Source: Haloquadratum sp.
GTDB lineage: Archaea > Halobacteriota > Halobacteria > Halobacteriales > Haloferacaceae
Length of the DNA: 22,368 nt
NCBI GenBank assembly: GCA_028275165.1
Contig: JAQCNF010000064.1
Location: 1 to 22,368 of the forward strand
Reading direction: 5' to 3'
The stretch's first letter is position 1, and every line of letters starts with the position of its first letter. Below are positions 1 through 9,424 of the stretch, piece by piece. A model generated the notes under the pieces. That model had not been told where the DNA came from and made no database searches. It was given only the letters and a program-made list of their open reading frames with translations. Both the position numbers and the translations under genes were made by a program.

Positions 1-1
1 G

Positions 2-403
2 AAAGACACGCAGGTCGTTGACCTGGAGGGGTTGTACTACTCGCAGCTCGAAGACGGCGAGGCGTTCATCCTCGAACTCGTGACGCCGTTCGTCCTCCGG
101 TCGGAGTACCCGAAGGCGAACACCGTGGACGTCCCCTGGTGGTGGAGCGTAGACGACGAAGCGCAGTTACGCCACCGGCTGGAGAAGGTCATCGAGGGCG
201 GCGACGTCTACGAGTTGGAGACGGTCGATCACGGCGTGGTCGTCGGCTACGATGGCGACCGTCCGGTGGAGACCGCGAAGAGCGGGCTGACCCGTGTCGG
301 GAGCCACTCGAAGTACGGCTTCGGAGAGCTTCGAGTGACGCCAGTCGTTCCAGATGAAACCAACGTCAAGAAACAGATAGAAGCGCCGAAGTCGGAGCAC
401 TGA
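2..403 (+). CDS. C-terminal ~133 codons of a protein that starts left of the window. Function unknown; tentatively a RAMP/Cas6-like C-terminus.
   Basis: The frame is open from nt 2, so the track start at 32 is an internal TTG. Codons are GC3-rich and the product is acidic. VGSHSKYGFGELRV, about 20 aa from the C-terminus, resembles the glycine-rich loop (G...GFG) that closes RAMP/Cas6 folds. A strand-like LVTPFVLRS lies about 95 aa upstream of it. The confidence applies to coding status, not to the Cas6 idea. Confidence 0.5.
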   Translation, partial: KDTQVVDLEGLYYSQLEDGEAFILELVTPFVLRSEYPKANTVDVPWWWSVDDEAQLRHRLEKVIEGGDVYELETVDHGVVVGYDGDRPVETAKSGLTRVGSHSKYGFGELRVTPVVPDETNVKKQIEAPKSEH

Positions 404-538
404 CAGACCAACCATGACCGGTAACGATACAGCGACGTCCGAGCCGGTCAGACTGAATAAAGTAGATCACATTGCCAACAACTGATAACTCGAGAAGAGA
501 GAACACCGTTTTGTACCCATGCATCGGAGTATATCTAT

Positions 539-1078
539 ATGAGTTCAACGCATACGGTTGAAAACTCCCAGAATCCGCTCGCTGTGCTGGAGACGTCACA
601 GGGTCAAATCACAATCGAGCTGTTTGAACAGCGTGTACCGACTACAGTTGAGAACTTCATTGGCTTGGCGACAGGTGAACGTGAATGGAGTGATCCCGAA
701 ACAGGAAACACACGGACTGATTCGCTGTATGAGGGAACAATCTTTCACCGCGTTATCGACCAGTTTATGATACAAGGAGGTGACCCTGAAGGAACTGGCC
801 GCGGTGGACCAGGATACACTTTCGACGATGAATTTCACGAAGACCTCAATCACGATTCAGCGGGAATACTCTCGATGGCAAATAGAGGTCCGAACACGAA
901 TGGGTCGCAGTTTTTCATCACCCTCGACGCTCAACCACACTTAGATGGTGATCATGCTGTCTTCGGACATGTTGTCGAAGGAATGAGTACGGTTGAAGCG
1001 ATTGCTGACCTCCCGACAGACCGTGATGATAAGCCAATGAAGGAGGTCAAGATCGAATCAATTGATATCCAGCGCTGA
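539..1078 (+). CDS. cyclophilin-type peptidyl-prolyl cis-trans isomerase
   Basis: 179 aa with the cyclophilin blocks FHRVIDQFMIQGGDP, GTGRGGPGYTFDDEF, SMANRGPNTNGSQFFIT and HAVFGHVVEGM. Confidence 0.95.
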   Translation: MSSTHTVENSQNPLAVLETSQGQITIELFEQRVPTTVENFIGLATGEREWSDPETGNTRTDSLYEGTIFHRVIDQFMIQGGDPEGTGRGGPGYTFDDEFHEDLNHDSAGILSMANRGPNTNGSQFFITLDAQPHLDGDHAVFGHVVEGMSTVEAIADLPTDRDDKPMKEVKIESIDIQR

Positions 1079-1099
1079 GGAGTAAAAAGCGAGACTCAC

Positions 1100-1444
1100 A
1101 TGTCTGAGACAAACGAACCGATCAGCCCAAGCGAATTAGGATCTGCAGACGAGGCTCCCTCAGTAGAAACAAAGCCATATAAGATCATCTTTGAAGCAAA
1201 CAAATGCTTCGGTGCTGGCCGGTGTGCAGAGGTGGCAGACAACTGGGAGATGGATATCAGCACTGGGTTGGCCAGCCCTCAATCGTACTTTCTTGATGAG
1301 GACCAACTTGAGGAGAATATCGATGCAGCTGAGGTGTGTCCTGCGAAAAAAGATGCAGGGGTTATCCATGTCATTGATCGCCGCACCGATGAGGAAATTT
1401 CCCCTGATCCGCATGGCGACGGAACACTAAGCGTCGATTGGTAA
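1100..1444 (+). CDS. small single-cluster ferredoxin-like protein
   Basis: 114 aa. The Cys pattern KCFGAGRCAEVADNW ... AAEVCPAKKDAGVIHV (C-x5-C ... C-P) is typical of 3Fe-4S/4Fe-4S single-cluster ferredoxins. The N-terminal tail is acidic and probably disordered. Confidence 0.6.
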   Translation: MSETNEPISPSELGSADEAPSVETKPYKIIFEANKCFGAGRCAEVADNWEMDISTGLASPQSYFLDEDQLEENIDAAEVCPAKKDAGVIHVIDRRTDEEISPDPHGDGTLSVDW

Positions 1445-1561
1445 CCAGCTACCGACGCACCACACTCAGCTAGACGAAACGAAACGAATATCCGCTCTTC
1501 AACAAACAATTCCATGTGGTGGAGGAATCGCGCTTCGAAACTGCGCGTTCATAGCCCCACA

Positions 1562-1646
1562 GCGGGGGTGGCTGAGCCAGGCCAAAAGCGGCGGACTTAA
1601 GATCCGCTCCCGTAGGGGTTCATGGGTTCAAATCCCATCCCCCGCA
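1562..1646 (+). tRNA. tRNA-Leu, anticodon UAA
   Basis: Hand-folded cloverleaf. Acceptor stem gcggggg/cccccgc with discriminator a. D stem gct/agc. Anticodon stem gcgga/tccgc with loop c-t-TAA-g-a. Long variable arm (tcccgtaggggttc), typical of Leu. T arm atggg-ttcaaat-cccat. Confidence 0.9.
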
Positions 1647-1647
1647 C

Positions 1648-1655
1648 TCTTTTTT
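1648..1655 (+). terminator. oligo-T tract directly after tRNA-Leu
   Basis: A T6 run at 1650-1655 begins 4 nt after the tRNA 3' end. Archaeal RNA polymerase terminates at oligo-T tracts. Confidence 0.4.
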
Positions 1656-1790
1656 GACGCAGATGACTGTGTTCGCTCTGAGATCAATTACACTCTGGGT
1701 CATCCAACAGACGCGGTGCTACTAACAAGCTCAGATGAAACAAACAGGTCTGCCCCACATGTCTCAGTTAGCCACAGTGTGAAAGACTTC

Positions 1791-1796
1791 TTATAG
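1791..1796 (+). promoter_or_regulatory. TATA-like box for a leaderless purC transcript
   Basis: TTATAG lies at -27 to -22 relative to the purC ATG (1818). This spacing fits haloarchaeal leaderless mRNAs. Confidence 0.3.
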
Positions 1797-1817
1797 GCGG
1801 CAAACGCCTTTTTTCCA

Positions 1818-2852
1818 ATGGCGAGTGTCAAGCGCTTCGATATCAAACGTGAGCCGAGTTCAGCTGAGTTAGGAGTTGGCCGGTTTATATTCACTGACAA
1901 GTATTCAGTCTTTGATTGGGGGCCGATGCCCGATACGATTCCTCACAAGGGTGCCTCTCTGTGTGTGATGGGTGCACACAACTTCGAGCTATTGGCCGCG
2001 AACGATATCCCAACGCATTACCGAGGCGTGAGCAGACAGGACGACACAGAAGCGACCACAATAGCCGCTCATGATGAGCCGCCAACGCAGATGGAGATAG
2101 ACCTCGCACAGGTACCCGAATTATCATATCTCCGCAATCAGTCCTATGATTATGCCACATATCACGAGCGCGGCGAGACAAACTATGTGATTCCGCTTGA
2201 GATCGTCTTTCGAAATCGGGTCCCAGTTGGTTCAAGTCTTCGCTCACGTCGTGAACCTGCACATTTTGATCTTCCGCTCGATGAGTGGCCTCAGCATCCA
2301 GTTGACCTCCCCAAGCCGATTGTTGAATTTTCGACAAAATTTGAAGAGCAAGATCGCTATGTGACCAGAGATGAAGCTGCAGAGATAGCGGGCATTGCAA
2401 ACTTAGACCGACTCGAAGAGATAGCGAAATCAGTGAATGAAGTGCTCACCGCAGAGGCTCAAAAGCGCGGATTCACGCATGAAGACGGGAAGATTGAGTG
2501 TCTCTTCCACGATGGCATCATCAAGGTAGCGGATGTGGTCGGAACCTTCGATGAGAACCGATTCACATATGATGGTGTTGAGATATCAAAGGAAGCGATT
2601 CGACAGTATTACAAATCGGCAGATACCGAATGGGTGAACGCTGTCTCAGACGCGAAGCGATCTGCGACAGAGGCCGATACCGCTGATTGGCGGACCCTTT
2701 GCAAGCGGCACCCAACTCCTCTTCCAGACCATGTAGTCGAGATTGCGTCTACCTTCTACGCTGCGGGTGCGAATCAGTACACCGGCACCCAGTGGTTTGA
2801 TGCGCCACATATTGAGTCAGTGATCGAAGATATTGAGCAGATAATTCAATGA
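1818..2852 (+). CDS. purC: phosphoribosylaminoimidazole-succinocarboxamide (SAICAR) synthase
   Basis: 344 aa. The N-terminal block GRFIFTDKYSVFDWGPMPDTIPHKGASL and the overall length match the long archaeal/haloarchaeal PurC type. Other pur genes lie next to it. Confidence 0.85.
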   Translation: MASVKRFDIKREPSSAELGVGRFIFTDKYSVFDWGPMPDTIPHKGASLCVMGAHNFELLAANDIPTHYRGVSRQDDTEATTIAAHDEPPTQMEIDLAQVPELSYLRNQSYDYATYHERGETNYVIPLEIVFRNRVPVGSSLRSRREPAHFDLPLDEWPQHPVDLPKPIVEFSTKFEEQDRYVTRDEAAEIAGIANLDRLEEIAKSVNEVLTAEAQKRGFTHEDGKIECLFHDGIIKVADVVGTFDENRFTYDGVEISKEAIRQYYKSADTEWVNAVSDAKRSATEADTADWRTLCKRHPTPLPDHVVEIASTFYAAGANQYTGTQWFDAPHIESVIEDIEQIIQ

Positions 2853-2910
2853 AACCGCACGGTCTCCCGACTCACGCGGTTAGCTCATTCCCAAACAAGC
2901 CTGACTCTGT

Positions 2911-3903
2911 TTATTCAACACCATAGTCTGGGACTGTTTGTGGAGCGTTTTCGAGGGCTTTCGAGAGATTATCGGTTGGTTCGCGTGGAAGTGCAGAATC
3001 GTGTTCGTTCGCGAATCCAAGTTGGTAATCCGCTGTGGTTGCTTGCTCTCTGAGGCTTGTCCGACCTCTGTGAACCGTCACTGCCTGATCTAAATGAAGT
3101 TGAATTGCTTCGAGTAGCGCCTCCGCTTCTAAGGGCTGTCCACGAGTCCGTATGGCTTCGACTGATGCATCGTCAGGAATATTAAATGCTCGCTGTGCAA
3201 TCACTGGGCCTTGATCAAGATCAGTTGTGACATAATGGGCCGTCACTCCGGCGATGCGGACCCCTTCCTCGCGTGCCTGGCGATAGGCTTTCGCTCCTGG
3301 AAAAGACGGTAATAATGATGGATGCACGTTGATAATACGATCCTCATACCGAAACACCACCTTTGGACTCAATATACGCATATATCGAGCGAGGACAATG
3401 AGATCAATCTCGTACGCATCTAAGACGTCGAGAATCTCGTCTTCATCTGGGACTCCGTTTTCGTTTCCAATATCGACAAAAGGGATACCATACCGTTCGG
3501 CCAGTGGCTCAAGCTTGGAGTGATTCCCAAGAATGATCGATATCTTAGCATCAATCTGACCATCTACTCGAGCGCGAAGGATTGATTCAAGACAGTGACT
3601 TTCCTTCGTAACCATGGCAGCGATCCGGCCGGTTTGTCGGTCGGTGGGGAACCGGACCTGGATATCAACGCCGAGTTCGTCGGCCAGTGAATCAAACGCC
3701 CTTTTGAGTGTTGCCTCAGTGCAGACCATCTCAGAGGTATCTGCGCGAAGTGTCATGCGAAACATACCGTCTCGGACGGCCTGATCGATGTCCTCAATGT
3801 TCACCTGACGTTCAAACAACTGAGAGGTAACGGAGGCAACGATCCCGCTGCTGTCTTCGCCTACGACTGTAATCTCTGTCAGCGAAGTTGTCACAGATTC
3901 CAC
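2911..3903 (-). CDS. purU: formyltetrahydrofolate deformylase
   Basis: 330 aa with a GTG start. The N-terminal region is ACT-like (ITVVGEDSSGIVASVTSQLFERQVNIEDIDQ). A formyltransferase core follows (IINVHPSLLPSFPGAKAYRQA, IAGVTAHYVTTDLDQGPVI). Confidence 0.85.
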   Translation of the reverse strand: MESVTTSLTEITVVGEDSSGIVASVTSQLFERQVNIEDIDQAVRDGMFRMTLRADTSEMVCTEATLKRAFDSLADELGVDIQVRFPTDRQTGRIAAMVTKESHCLESILRARVDGQIDAKISIILGNHSKLEPLAERYGIPFVDIGNENGVPDEDEILDVLDAYEIDLIVLARYMRILSPKVVFRYEDRIINVHPSLLPSFPGAKAYRQAREEGVRIAGVTAHYVTTDLDQGPVIAQRAFNIPDDASVEAIRTRGQPLEAEALLEAIQLHLDQAVTVHRGRTSLREQATTADYQLGFANEHDSALPREPTDNLSKALENAPQTVPDYGVE

Positions 3904-4040
3904 CTCACATCATCCGATAATGCAGGCATTGCATAACCAGAACTCCCGATAAATAAAAACGTGTCTCATGGCGTATCAAAACTCCTGCTGATGTGTGTCA
4001 GACAAAACGGCTTTGACTGGGGGATATACAGTATTATCTA

Positions 4041-4289
4041 ATGACTCTCTATACTGCGACTGTGACAGTAAGATTGAAATCTGGGGTGTTGGATCCGGAG
4101 GCAGAGACGACCAAACAGGCACTTGAGCGGTTGGGATTTGAGATCGAGGCGCTCAGCTCTGCTGATCGGTTTGAAATTGATATCGAGGCCGCCTCTATAG
4201 AGGCAGCGAACGAACAGGTCACCGCGATGGCCGACCGTCTGCTAGCTAATCCGACAATTCATGACTTCGATGTCGAGGTACAACGATAG
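4041..4289 (+). CDS. purS: phosphoribosylformylglycinamidine synthase subunit PurS
   Basis: 82 aa. The VTVRLKSGVLDPEAETTKQALERLGF motif is typical of PurS. The gene lies 36 nt upstream of purQ. Confidence 0.85.
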   Translation: MTLYTATVTVRLKSGVLDPEAETTKQALERLGFEIEALSSADRFEIDIEAASIEAANEQVTAMADRLLANPTIHDFDVEVQR

Positions 4290-4325
4290 CATGTCTGTGT
4301 TGACAATTCCTCTTCGGGGTCAGTT

Positions 4326-5006
4326 ATGACCGTTGCAATCGTCCAGTTTGGAGGATCAAACTGTGACCGCGATGCACTACGCGCGCTCTCGCATCTTGGT
4401 ATTGATGCAAAGCTTACATGGCATGAGCATTCACTGCCACGTGACGTATCAGGTATTGTCATTCCCGGTGGATTCTCCTACGGTGATTACCTGCGAGCAG
4501 GTGCGATGGCTGCTCATTCTCCAATCATGGCTGAAGTGCGTGACCATGCAGCATCAGGCGTTCCCGTGCTCGGCGTATGTAATGGTGCGCAGGTTGGATG
4601 TGAGTCGGGACTCACACCAGGTGCATTCACTACAAATAGTAGTGCCCAATTTCAATGTGAATCTGTTTATTTACGCGTCGAAAACGCTGACACTCCCTGG
4701 ACGACTGCGTATGACGTAGGTGAGGTCATTGAGATTCCAATCGCGCATGGCGAAGGGCGGTTTGAAATCCCAGCCAGTGAATGTACAACGTTATCAGACC
4801 AGAACCGTATTCTCTTTCGATACTGCTCTGAAGATGGTGAGATAACCGAGGCAGCAAACCCAAACGGATCGAGAGACAATATCGCTGGGATGATTGGGAA
4901 TCAATCAAACATTGCTGTTCTGATGCCACACCCGGAGCGTGCGACGCTGTCTTATCTTGGCCGGAGCACAGATGGACAGGGTATTCTCCAGGCATTGGGA
5001 AAGTAA
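4326..5006 (+). CDS. purQ: phosphoribosylformylglycinamidine synthase glutaminase subunit PurQ
   Basis: 226 aa with a class-I glutamine amidotransferase layout: VAIVQFGGSNCDRD, GGFSYGDYLRAG, nucleophile elbow GVCNGAQ, and the C-terminal MPHPER. Confidence 0.9.
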   Translation: MTVAIVQFGGSNCDRDALRALSHLGIDAKLTWHEHSLPRDVSGIVIPGGFSYGDYLRAGAMAAHSPIMAEVRDHAASGVPVLGVCNGAQVGCESGLTPGAFTTNSSAQFQCESVYLRVENADTPWTTAYDVGEVIEIPIAHGEGRFEIPASECTTLSDQNRILFRYCSEDGEITEAANPNGSRDNIAGMIGNQSNIAVLMPHPERATLSYLGRSTDGQGILQALGK

Positions 5007-5388
5007 ATCGCATGCCGCCATCCAACCCAAGGAGACTCGTGATGGTTTGACTATTCATCTGACGGATAAGAACTTCCGCCCTGAGAGGAGGGGGATCTCA
5101 AGATGAGTCTTGATGATCCAACTGAAGATTGAGAGGAATTACATCAATTCCTGATCAAGTGGCTGTGAGTGAAGTACCTCGGGATCAGTTCAAAGTTCCG
5201 AGGCACTTGCGTTGCTCCTCTGTAGATTGCAATTCACCTCTGGCTTACAATTGATTACTTACGGAAATACAAGGAGAAAGCCTTGCGCTTCAGCGCGGGG
5301 ATGAATCCAACGTGACATTGGATAAACCACCAGACGCAGGCAACCCGTAATCCCCACGTGTATCCTATTAGATGCCATGTGAGAAAGC

Positions 5389-6724
5389 GTGAGCGACCGG
5401 CCACAACGAACGAACACGTACACTGCCGACCCGGTCAGTAACCGGTATCGAGAGTGTCTGTTCGACTGGCCACACACGCCCCACTTGGAATCAAATCACC
5501 CACCGTCGACGTCAACAATACTTCCACAACGATGGTGACGTGTGGGACGCCAACTACGCCGACCTGTACGAACGATACGTTCCGCTACTCGGCAAGGCAA
5601 CGTGCCAGCAACTCGCTCGGAAAAACAGTCTGGCGCAGTCACTTCGAATTGGTTTCACTGTACCATGACGAGTCGAATCAAGCTGTGACGGAGAAACTGT
5701 CACTGCCCGGATATTGGGGCACTCGTGACGACGGCTACGACCTTCACGGTCTCGTCCGGAACGACCTCTACACGTTCGATTGGAATGAACAACACGGTAC
5801 ACTCGAATTCGGGCTCGGTGCCGTACTCGAAGACCGATACGACCTCGACCACAACGAGCGCGTGACACCCGAAGTACGTGGTGACCCACAGTGGCGTTGC
5901 GACGACAGCCGATTTGAACTCATCTACGACAAGCATACTGACCAGCTCCGTGTCCAGCACCCTGTCCGCATTCAGTCAGACAATCTCCGTCAACAGCGGC
6001 AGGCTGCATTCACACATACACTTAATCCCGGGAACACAACGCGGTTAGCCGCAATCGATGTCGGCGCGAACAACATCTTGGCGGTTGTCACCGAAACCGG
6101 AGATACCGTCGCGTACCACGCCCGACCCGAATTTCAACGGTTCCAGAATCAGTCGGAGCAAATTGCAACTCCAAGCCGAACTCCCGGATGACCAGTATAC
6201 GAGTGATCCAACACGTGTACGATGAGCGGCCACAGCAACGCGATCATAGCCGCGATACAGCGGTGAAACACGCGGCTGAGTGGCTACTTGAATAAAACGT
6301 CGAAACGGTGTTCATCGGTGATTTGACTGACGTACTTTCGACGCACTGGTTTGCCGATGTGAACGAGAAGACGCACGCGTTCTGGTCTCATCGCCAACTC
6401 GTTGACCGGATCAAACTCACACTCGGTGATGTTGGCATGACCGTGATAGAGACCGGTGAATACGATACGAGTAGTGAATGTCCTGCGTGCGGAAGTGGCG
6501 CAATCACTCCGAACGGCGATTCGTTCAGATGTGGTGCGTGTGCCTTACACGCGCACGCAGGTGTTGCAGGGGCGTGGAATATCTTGCAGTCTGAAGTGGG
6601 GCCGATGGCTCGGCCTGCTGCCCTGTCTGCTGAACGCGGTAGGGACGCACCACACAAGAAGGGGGCGCACTGGCAGTGGAACGACTATGACTGGATACCC
6701 GCCGATTTTGGGGAACAGTCGTGA
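5389..6724 (+). pseudogene. tnpB: tnpB (IS1341-type RNA-guided nuclease/transposase accessory gene), disrupted
   Basis: TnpB blocks are spread over different frames. WNQITHRRRQQYFHNDGDVWDANYADLYERYVPLLGKATCQQLARKNS is in frame 2. PGYWGTRDDGYDL...AAIDVGANNILAVV (RuvC-I) is in frame 0. IQHVYDERPQQRDHSRD...TVFIGDLTDV...ECPACGS...FRCGAC...HAHAGVAGAWNI is in frame 2. There is an in-frame TAA at 6293-6295 and at least 3 frameshifts. Confidence 0.85.
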
Positions 6725-6833
6725 TCACTCGACCAAAGTAGCGTCGGCGAACCCGTAAGTTCACAGCCGAGGTAATCGACTGACTGGATTACCCACGGAG
6801 GAATCCTCGCCGTTCACGGCGGGACGGAAGTCA
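6725..6833 (+). ncRNA. putative omega-RNA (reRNA) scaffold tail and right end of copy 1
   Basis: The position, from the tnpB stop to the IS right end, matches where TnpB guide-RNA scaffolds are encoded. It contains the right-end hairpin at 6805-6823. No expression data are available. Confidence 0.35.
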
Positions 6834-7000
6834 AGTTTGTCTGCGCTGAGATGATCGCTGCGAGAGAACCGCTTGGTTCTCCGAGCAATAGACAGATATT
6901 CTCTGAGATCGAGCCAAAAGCGCCACTTAAGTTGAAGAACGATGAGCAACTATGTATCCGACATCGAATTCTCTTCACCAGGTTGCACGGTGCTGTTGTC

Positions 7001-7915
7001 TCAGTTAGGGGATTGTTTCCAGTCAAGATATCCTAACACACCCTTTGTGTTAATGCGAGCTTCTGCGCGGTCTCTCTCAGCGGTCCATCTGTATGGAGAA
7101 TCAATCGTGCTCACAAAGTGTTGGATGACGGCTTCATCGTCTGCTTGTGCCGCTCGTTGTTGCCGAACGGCTTCAACCCACTCAATGAGCTGGCGGCGAT
7201 ACGACTCAGCCTGTGTGTGCACAAATGTCGTTGATCCAAAGTGCCCGAAGCAGACACGAGTTGGTTCGATTGTCTCAATACGTCTCACATCTGTCAGGTT
7301 GCGCTCTAAATCAAACTGAGCTGGTGGGGTTGTTTCTCTGATACGATCCTGACTTGGAGTATAAATCCCGAATGCGTCACCGGTAAAGAGAATATCCGTG
7401 GCGACATCATAAAACATGAGTTGATGAGGAGCATGACCAGGAGCCGCAATCACTTCAATGGTGCTCTCCCCGATCTGCACTGACTCACCGACGGGTAACA
7501 CGCGCAATCTGGCCGGATCAATTGAAATAGGCGGTGTGTAGTACCGCCATTGGTCACCAACTGCTGCCTTCGTCCCTGCGACCAATGTTTCGGGAGTTAC
7601 AAGATGCTCATACCCTTGTTCGTGGACGTACACACATGCCCCTGGGTACTGCTGAAGAAGCCGGCCTGCTCCTCCTGCGTGATCCAGATGGACATGTGTA
7701 AGCAAAACAGCAATCTCATCATCTCTCTCGACACCGAGCTGTGACAGCGCCTCATATACCCGGTCGATATTTTGTCCCGTCCCCGTGTCAACAACGAGTG
7801 CTGGCTCGCGATCGATAATGTACACTGAGCCATACGAATCGACGTCAAACATACCCGTATCGAGACAGTACACGTCTGCTGTCTCAGTGACTACAGACAT
7901 GTTGTCAAGATTCAT
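7001..7915 (-). CDS. MBL-fold metallo-hydrolase
   Basis: It carries the metallo-beta-lactamase motif LLTHVHLDHAGGAG and a later APGHAPH. I chose the ATG at 7915, because the track start at 7927 is TTG. A T8 tract lies at -28 to -21 from that ATG. Confidence 0.85.
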   Translation of the reverse strand: MNLDNMSVVTETADVYCLDTGMFDVDSYGSVYIIDREPALVVDTGTGQNIDRVYEALSQLGVERDDEIAVLLTHVHLDHAGGAGRLLQQYPGACVYVHEQGYEHLVTPETLVAGTKAAVGDQWRYYTPPISIDPARLRVLPVGESVQIGESTIEVIAAPGHAPHQLMFYDVATDILFTGDAFGIYTPSQDRIRETTPPAQFDLERNLTDVRRIETIEPTRVCFGHFGSTTFVHTQAESYRRQLIEWVEAVRQQRAAQADDEAVIQHFVSTIDSPYRWTAERDRAEARINTKGVLGYLDWKQSPN

Positions 7916-8003
7916 ACGTAGACTCAAGAAGAGTCAAAAAAAACCTTTCCGACCAGTCGTCTGATGCGACACGGTTTTGCGCCTTCCAACAGAATCGCCG
8001 ACT

Positions 8004-9386
8004 ATGATTGACCGACAAGTGTTGCGTGAGAAGCCAGAACGGGTTCGCGCAGCACTCGAAAATAAAGGCATTGAGGATGTCGATCTTGATACCATTCTTG
8101 AGATTGATGCAGCATGGCGCGAGCTCAAGGCGAGAGGCGATGAGCTCCGGCATAAGAGAAATGAGATTTCCTCACAGATTGGAGATCTCAAAGCAAAGGG
8201 CGATGAGACCGCTGCTCAAGACGCAATTGAGCGGTCGCAGACACTCAAAGATGAGCTGAAGACGGTCGAATCAAACGCTACTGCACGGCGGGAAGAACTG
8301 GAGGCTGCATTGCTTGAGATCCCACAGATACCTGCTGATGAAGTACCGATTGGTGAAGACGAATCTGATAATGTTGAGCGGAGACGCGAGGGTTTCGATG
8401 ACGTGCGGCCGCTACCAGACCCTGTAACACCTCATTACGAACTCGGCGAGGAACTTGATATTCTTGACTTTGAGCGTGGAGCAAAGGTGAGTGGTGGTGG
8501 ATTTTATTTTTCGAAGGGTGAAGGGGCTCGTCTCGAACATGCGCTTATCCAGTTCATGCTCGATATCCATCGTGAGCAGGGCTATCGAGATATCTTTCCT
8601 CCAATACCTGTTAACTCTCAGTCAATGGTAGGCACGGGTCAACTACCCAAATTCACTGAGGATGCCTACCGAATCGGCGGTGATAATGATGAATCCTGGA
8701 CTGACGAGGACTTGTGGCTCTGCCCAACTGCAGAAGTTCCGGTCACGAATCTCTATCGAGATGAGATTCTCCTAGATGATGATCTTCCAATCAAACTACA
8801 GGCATATACGCCAAACTTCCGAAGAGAGGCAGGCGAACATGGCACAGAGACCAGAGGCATTGTCCGCGTTCACCAGTTCAATAAGGTTGAGTTAGTCAAT
8901 TTCGTTCGACCTGCTGAGAGTGAGACTCGGTTTGAAGCGCTCGTTGGCGAAGCCGAATCTGTCCTCGCTGCACTTGGACTTCCATATCGAATTCTTGAGA
9001 TGTGTACCGGAGATTTAGGCTTCACTCAGCGTAAGAAGTATGATATCGAAGTCTGGGCTCCTGGTGACGACATGGAGGGGGGACCTGAACAAGGGGGAAG
9101 ATGGCTCGAGGTTTCGTCAGTATCGAACTTTGGGGCTTTCCAAGCACGGCGAGCTGGTCTTCGTTACCGACCTGAGCGACATGAATCTGCGCACTATCTT
9201 CACACGTTGAATGGATCTGGTGTTGCCATTCCCCGGGTCATGGTTGCTATTCTTGAGTATTATCAGAATGGTGATGGAAACGTGATGATTCCCGAGGCAC
9301 TTCAACCGTATATGAACGGGCTTGAGCAGATCACTGGACATACGCCAATAGGAGAGTCTGCTGTTGGTGCGGGAGCACGTCAGTGA
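8004..9386 (+). CDS. serS: seryl-tRNA synthetase
   Basis: It has the N-terminal coiled-coil arm [22 protein letters not shown] and class-II core blocks ([32 protein letters not shown]). The start is set at the conserved MIDRQ (ATG 8004) rather than the track's 7977. Confidence 0.95.
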   Translation: MIDRQVLREKPERVRAALENKGIEDVDLDTILEIDAAWRELKARGDELRHKRNEISSQIGDLKAKGDETAAQDAIERSQTLKDELKTVESNATARREELEAALLEIPQIPADEVPIGEDESDNVERRREGFDDVRPLPDPVTPHYELGEELDILDFERGAKVSGGGFYFSKGEGARLEHALIQFMLDIHREQGYRDIFPPIPVNSQSMVGTGQLPKFTEDAYRIGGDNDESWTDEDLWLCPTAEVPVTNLYRDEILLDDDLPIKLQAYTPNFRREAGEHGTETRGIVRVHQFNKVELVNFVRPAESETRFEALVGEAESVLAALGLPYRILEMCTGDLGFTQRKKYDIEVWAPGDDMEGGPEQGGRWLEVSSVSNFGAFQARRAGLRYRPERHESAHYLHTLNGSGVAIPRVMVAILEYYQNGDGNVMIPEALQPYMNGLEQITGHTPIGESAVGAGARQ

Positions 9387-9424
9387 GTAAGTGTGTTCAC
9401 CCTGGCACATCAAATAGCACTACC

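Larger units (their letters stand above)
5270..6833 (+). mobile_element. IS200/IS605-family, IS1341-type element (tnpB only), copy 1. The left boundary is approximate.
   Basis: Subterminal hairpins with the same TTCA loop occur at both ends: ccttgcgc-TTCA-gcgcgggg (5281-5300) and cctcgccg-TTCA-cggcggg (6805-6823). The right end reads ...ACGGAAGTCA at 6824-6833. A tnpB pseudogene lies between them. Confidence 0.7.

Noticed and set aside
408-450. The inverted repeat tgaccgg...ccggtca after the left-edge ORF, considered as a terminator.
   Set aside because: It has a 7-bp stem with a 21-nt loop and no adjacent T tract. That is not distinctive enough to call.
1891-2400. A 169-aa minus-strand ORF inside purC.
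   Set aside because: It is antisense to a confidently identified gene. The product is basic, rich in His, Arg and Ser, and carries no recognisable motif.
5454-6191. The 245-aa track ORF, considered as an intact gene.
   Set aside because: Only its middle part is in the true tnpB frame. The first ~60 codons are out-of-frame read-through, and the TnpB homology continues in other frames on both sides. I annotated it as part of one pseudogene.
7977-8003. Upstream extended starts for serS (7977), tsr3 (GTG 9383), nog1 (TTG 9975), the MBL hydrolase (TTG 7927), the 11683 start of the hypothetical protein, and 17675 for the cetZ-adjacent ORF.
   Set aside because: The family-typical N-termini (MIDRQ..., [14 protein letters not shown]..., MIFESLPTTP...) begin at internal ATGs, and the extensions add residues that do not look conserved. 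Start choices remain uncertain without alignments.
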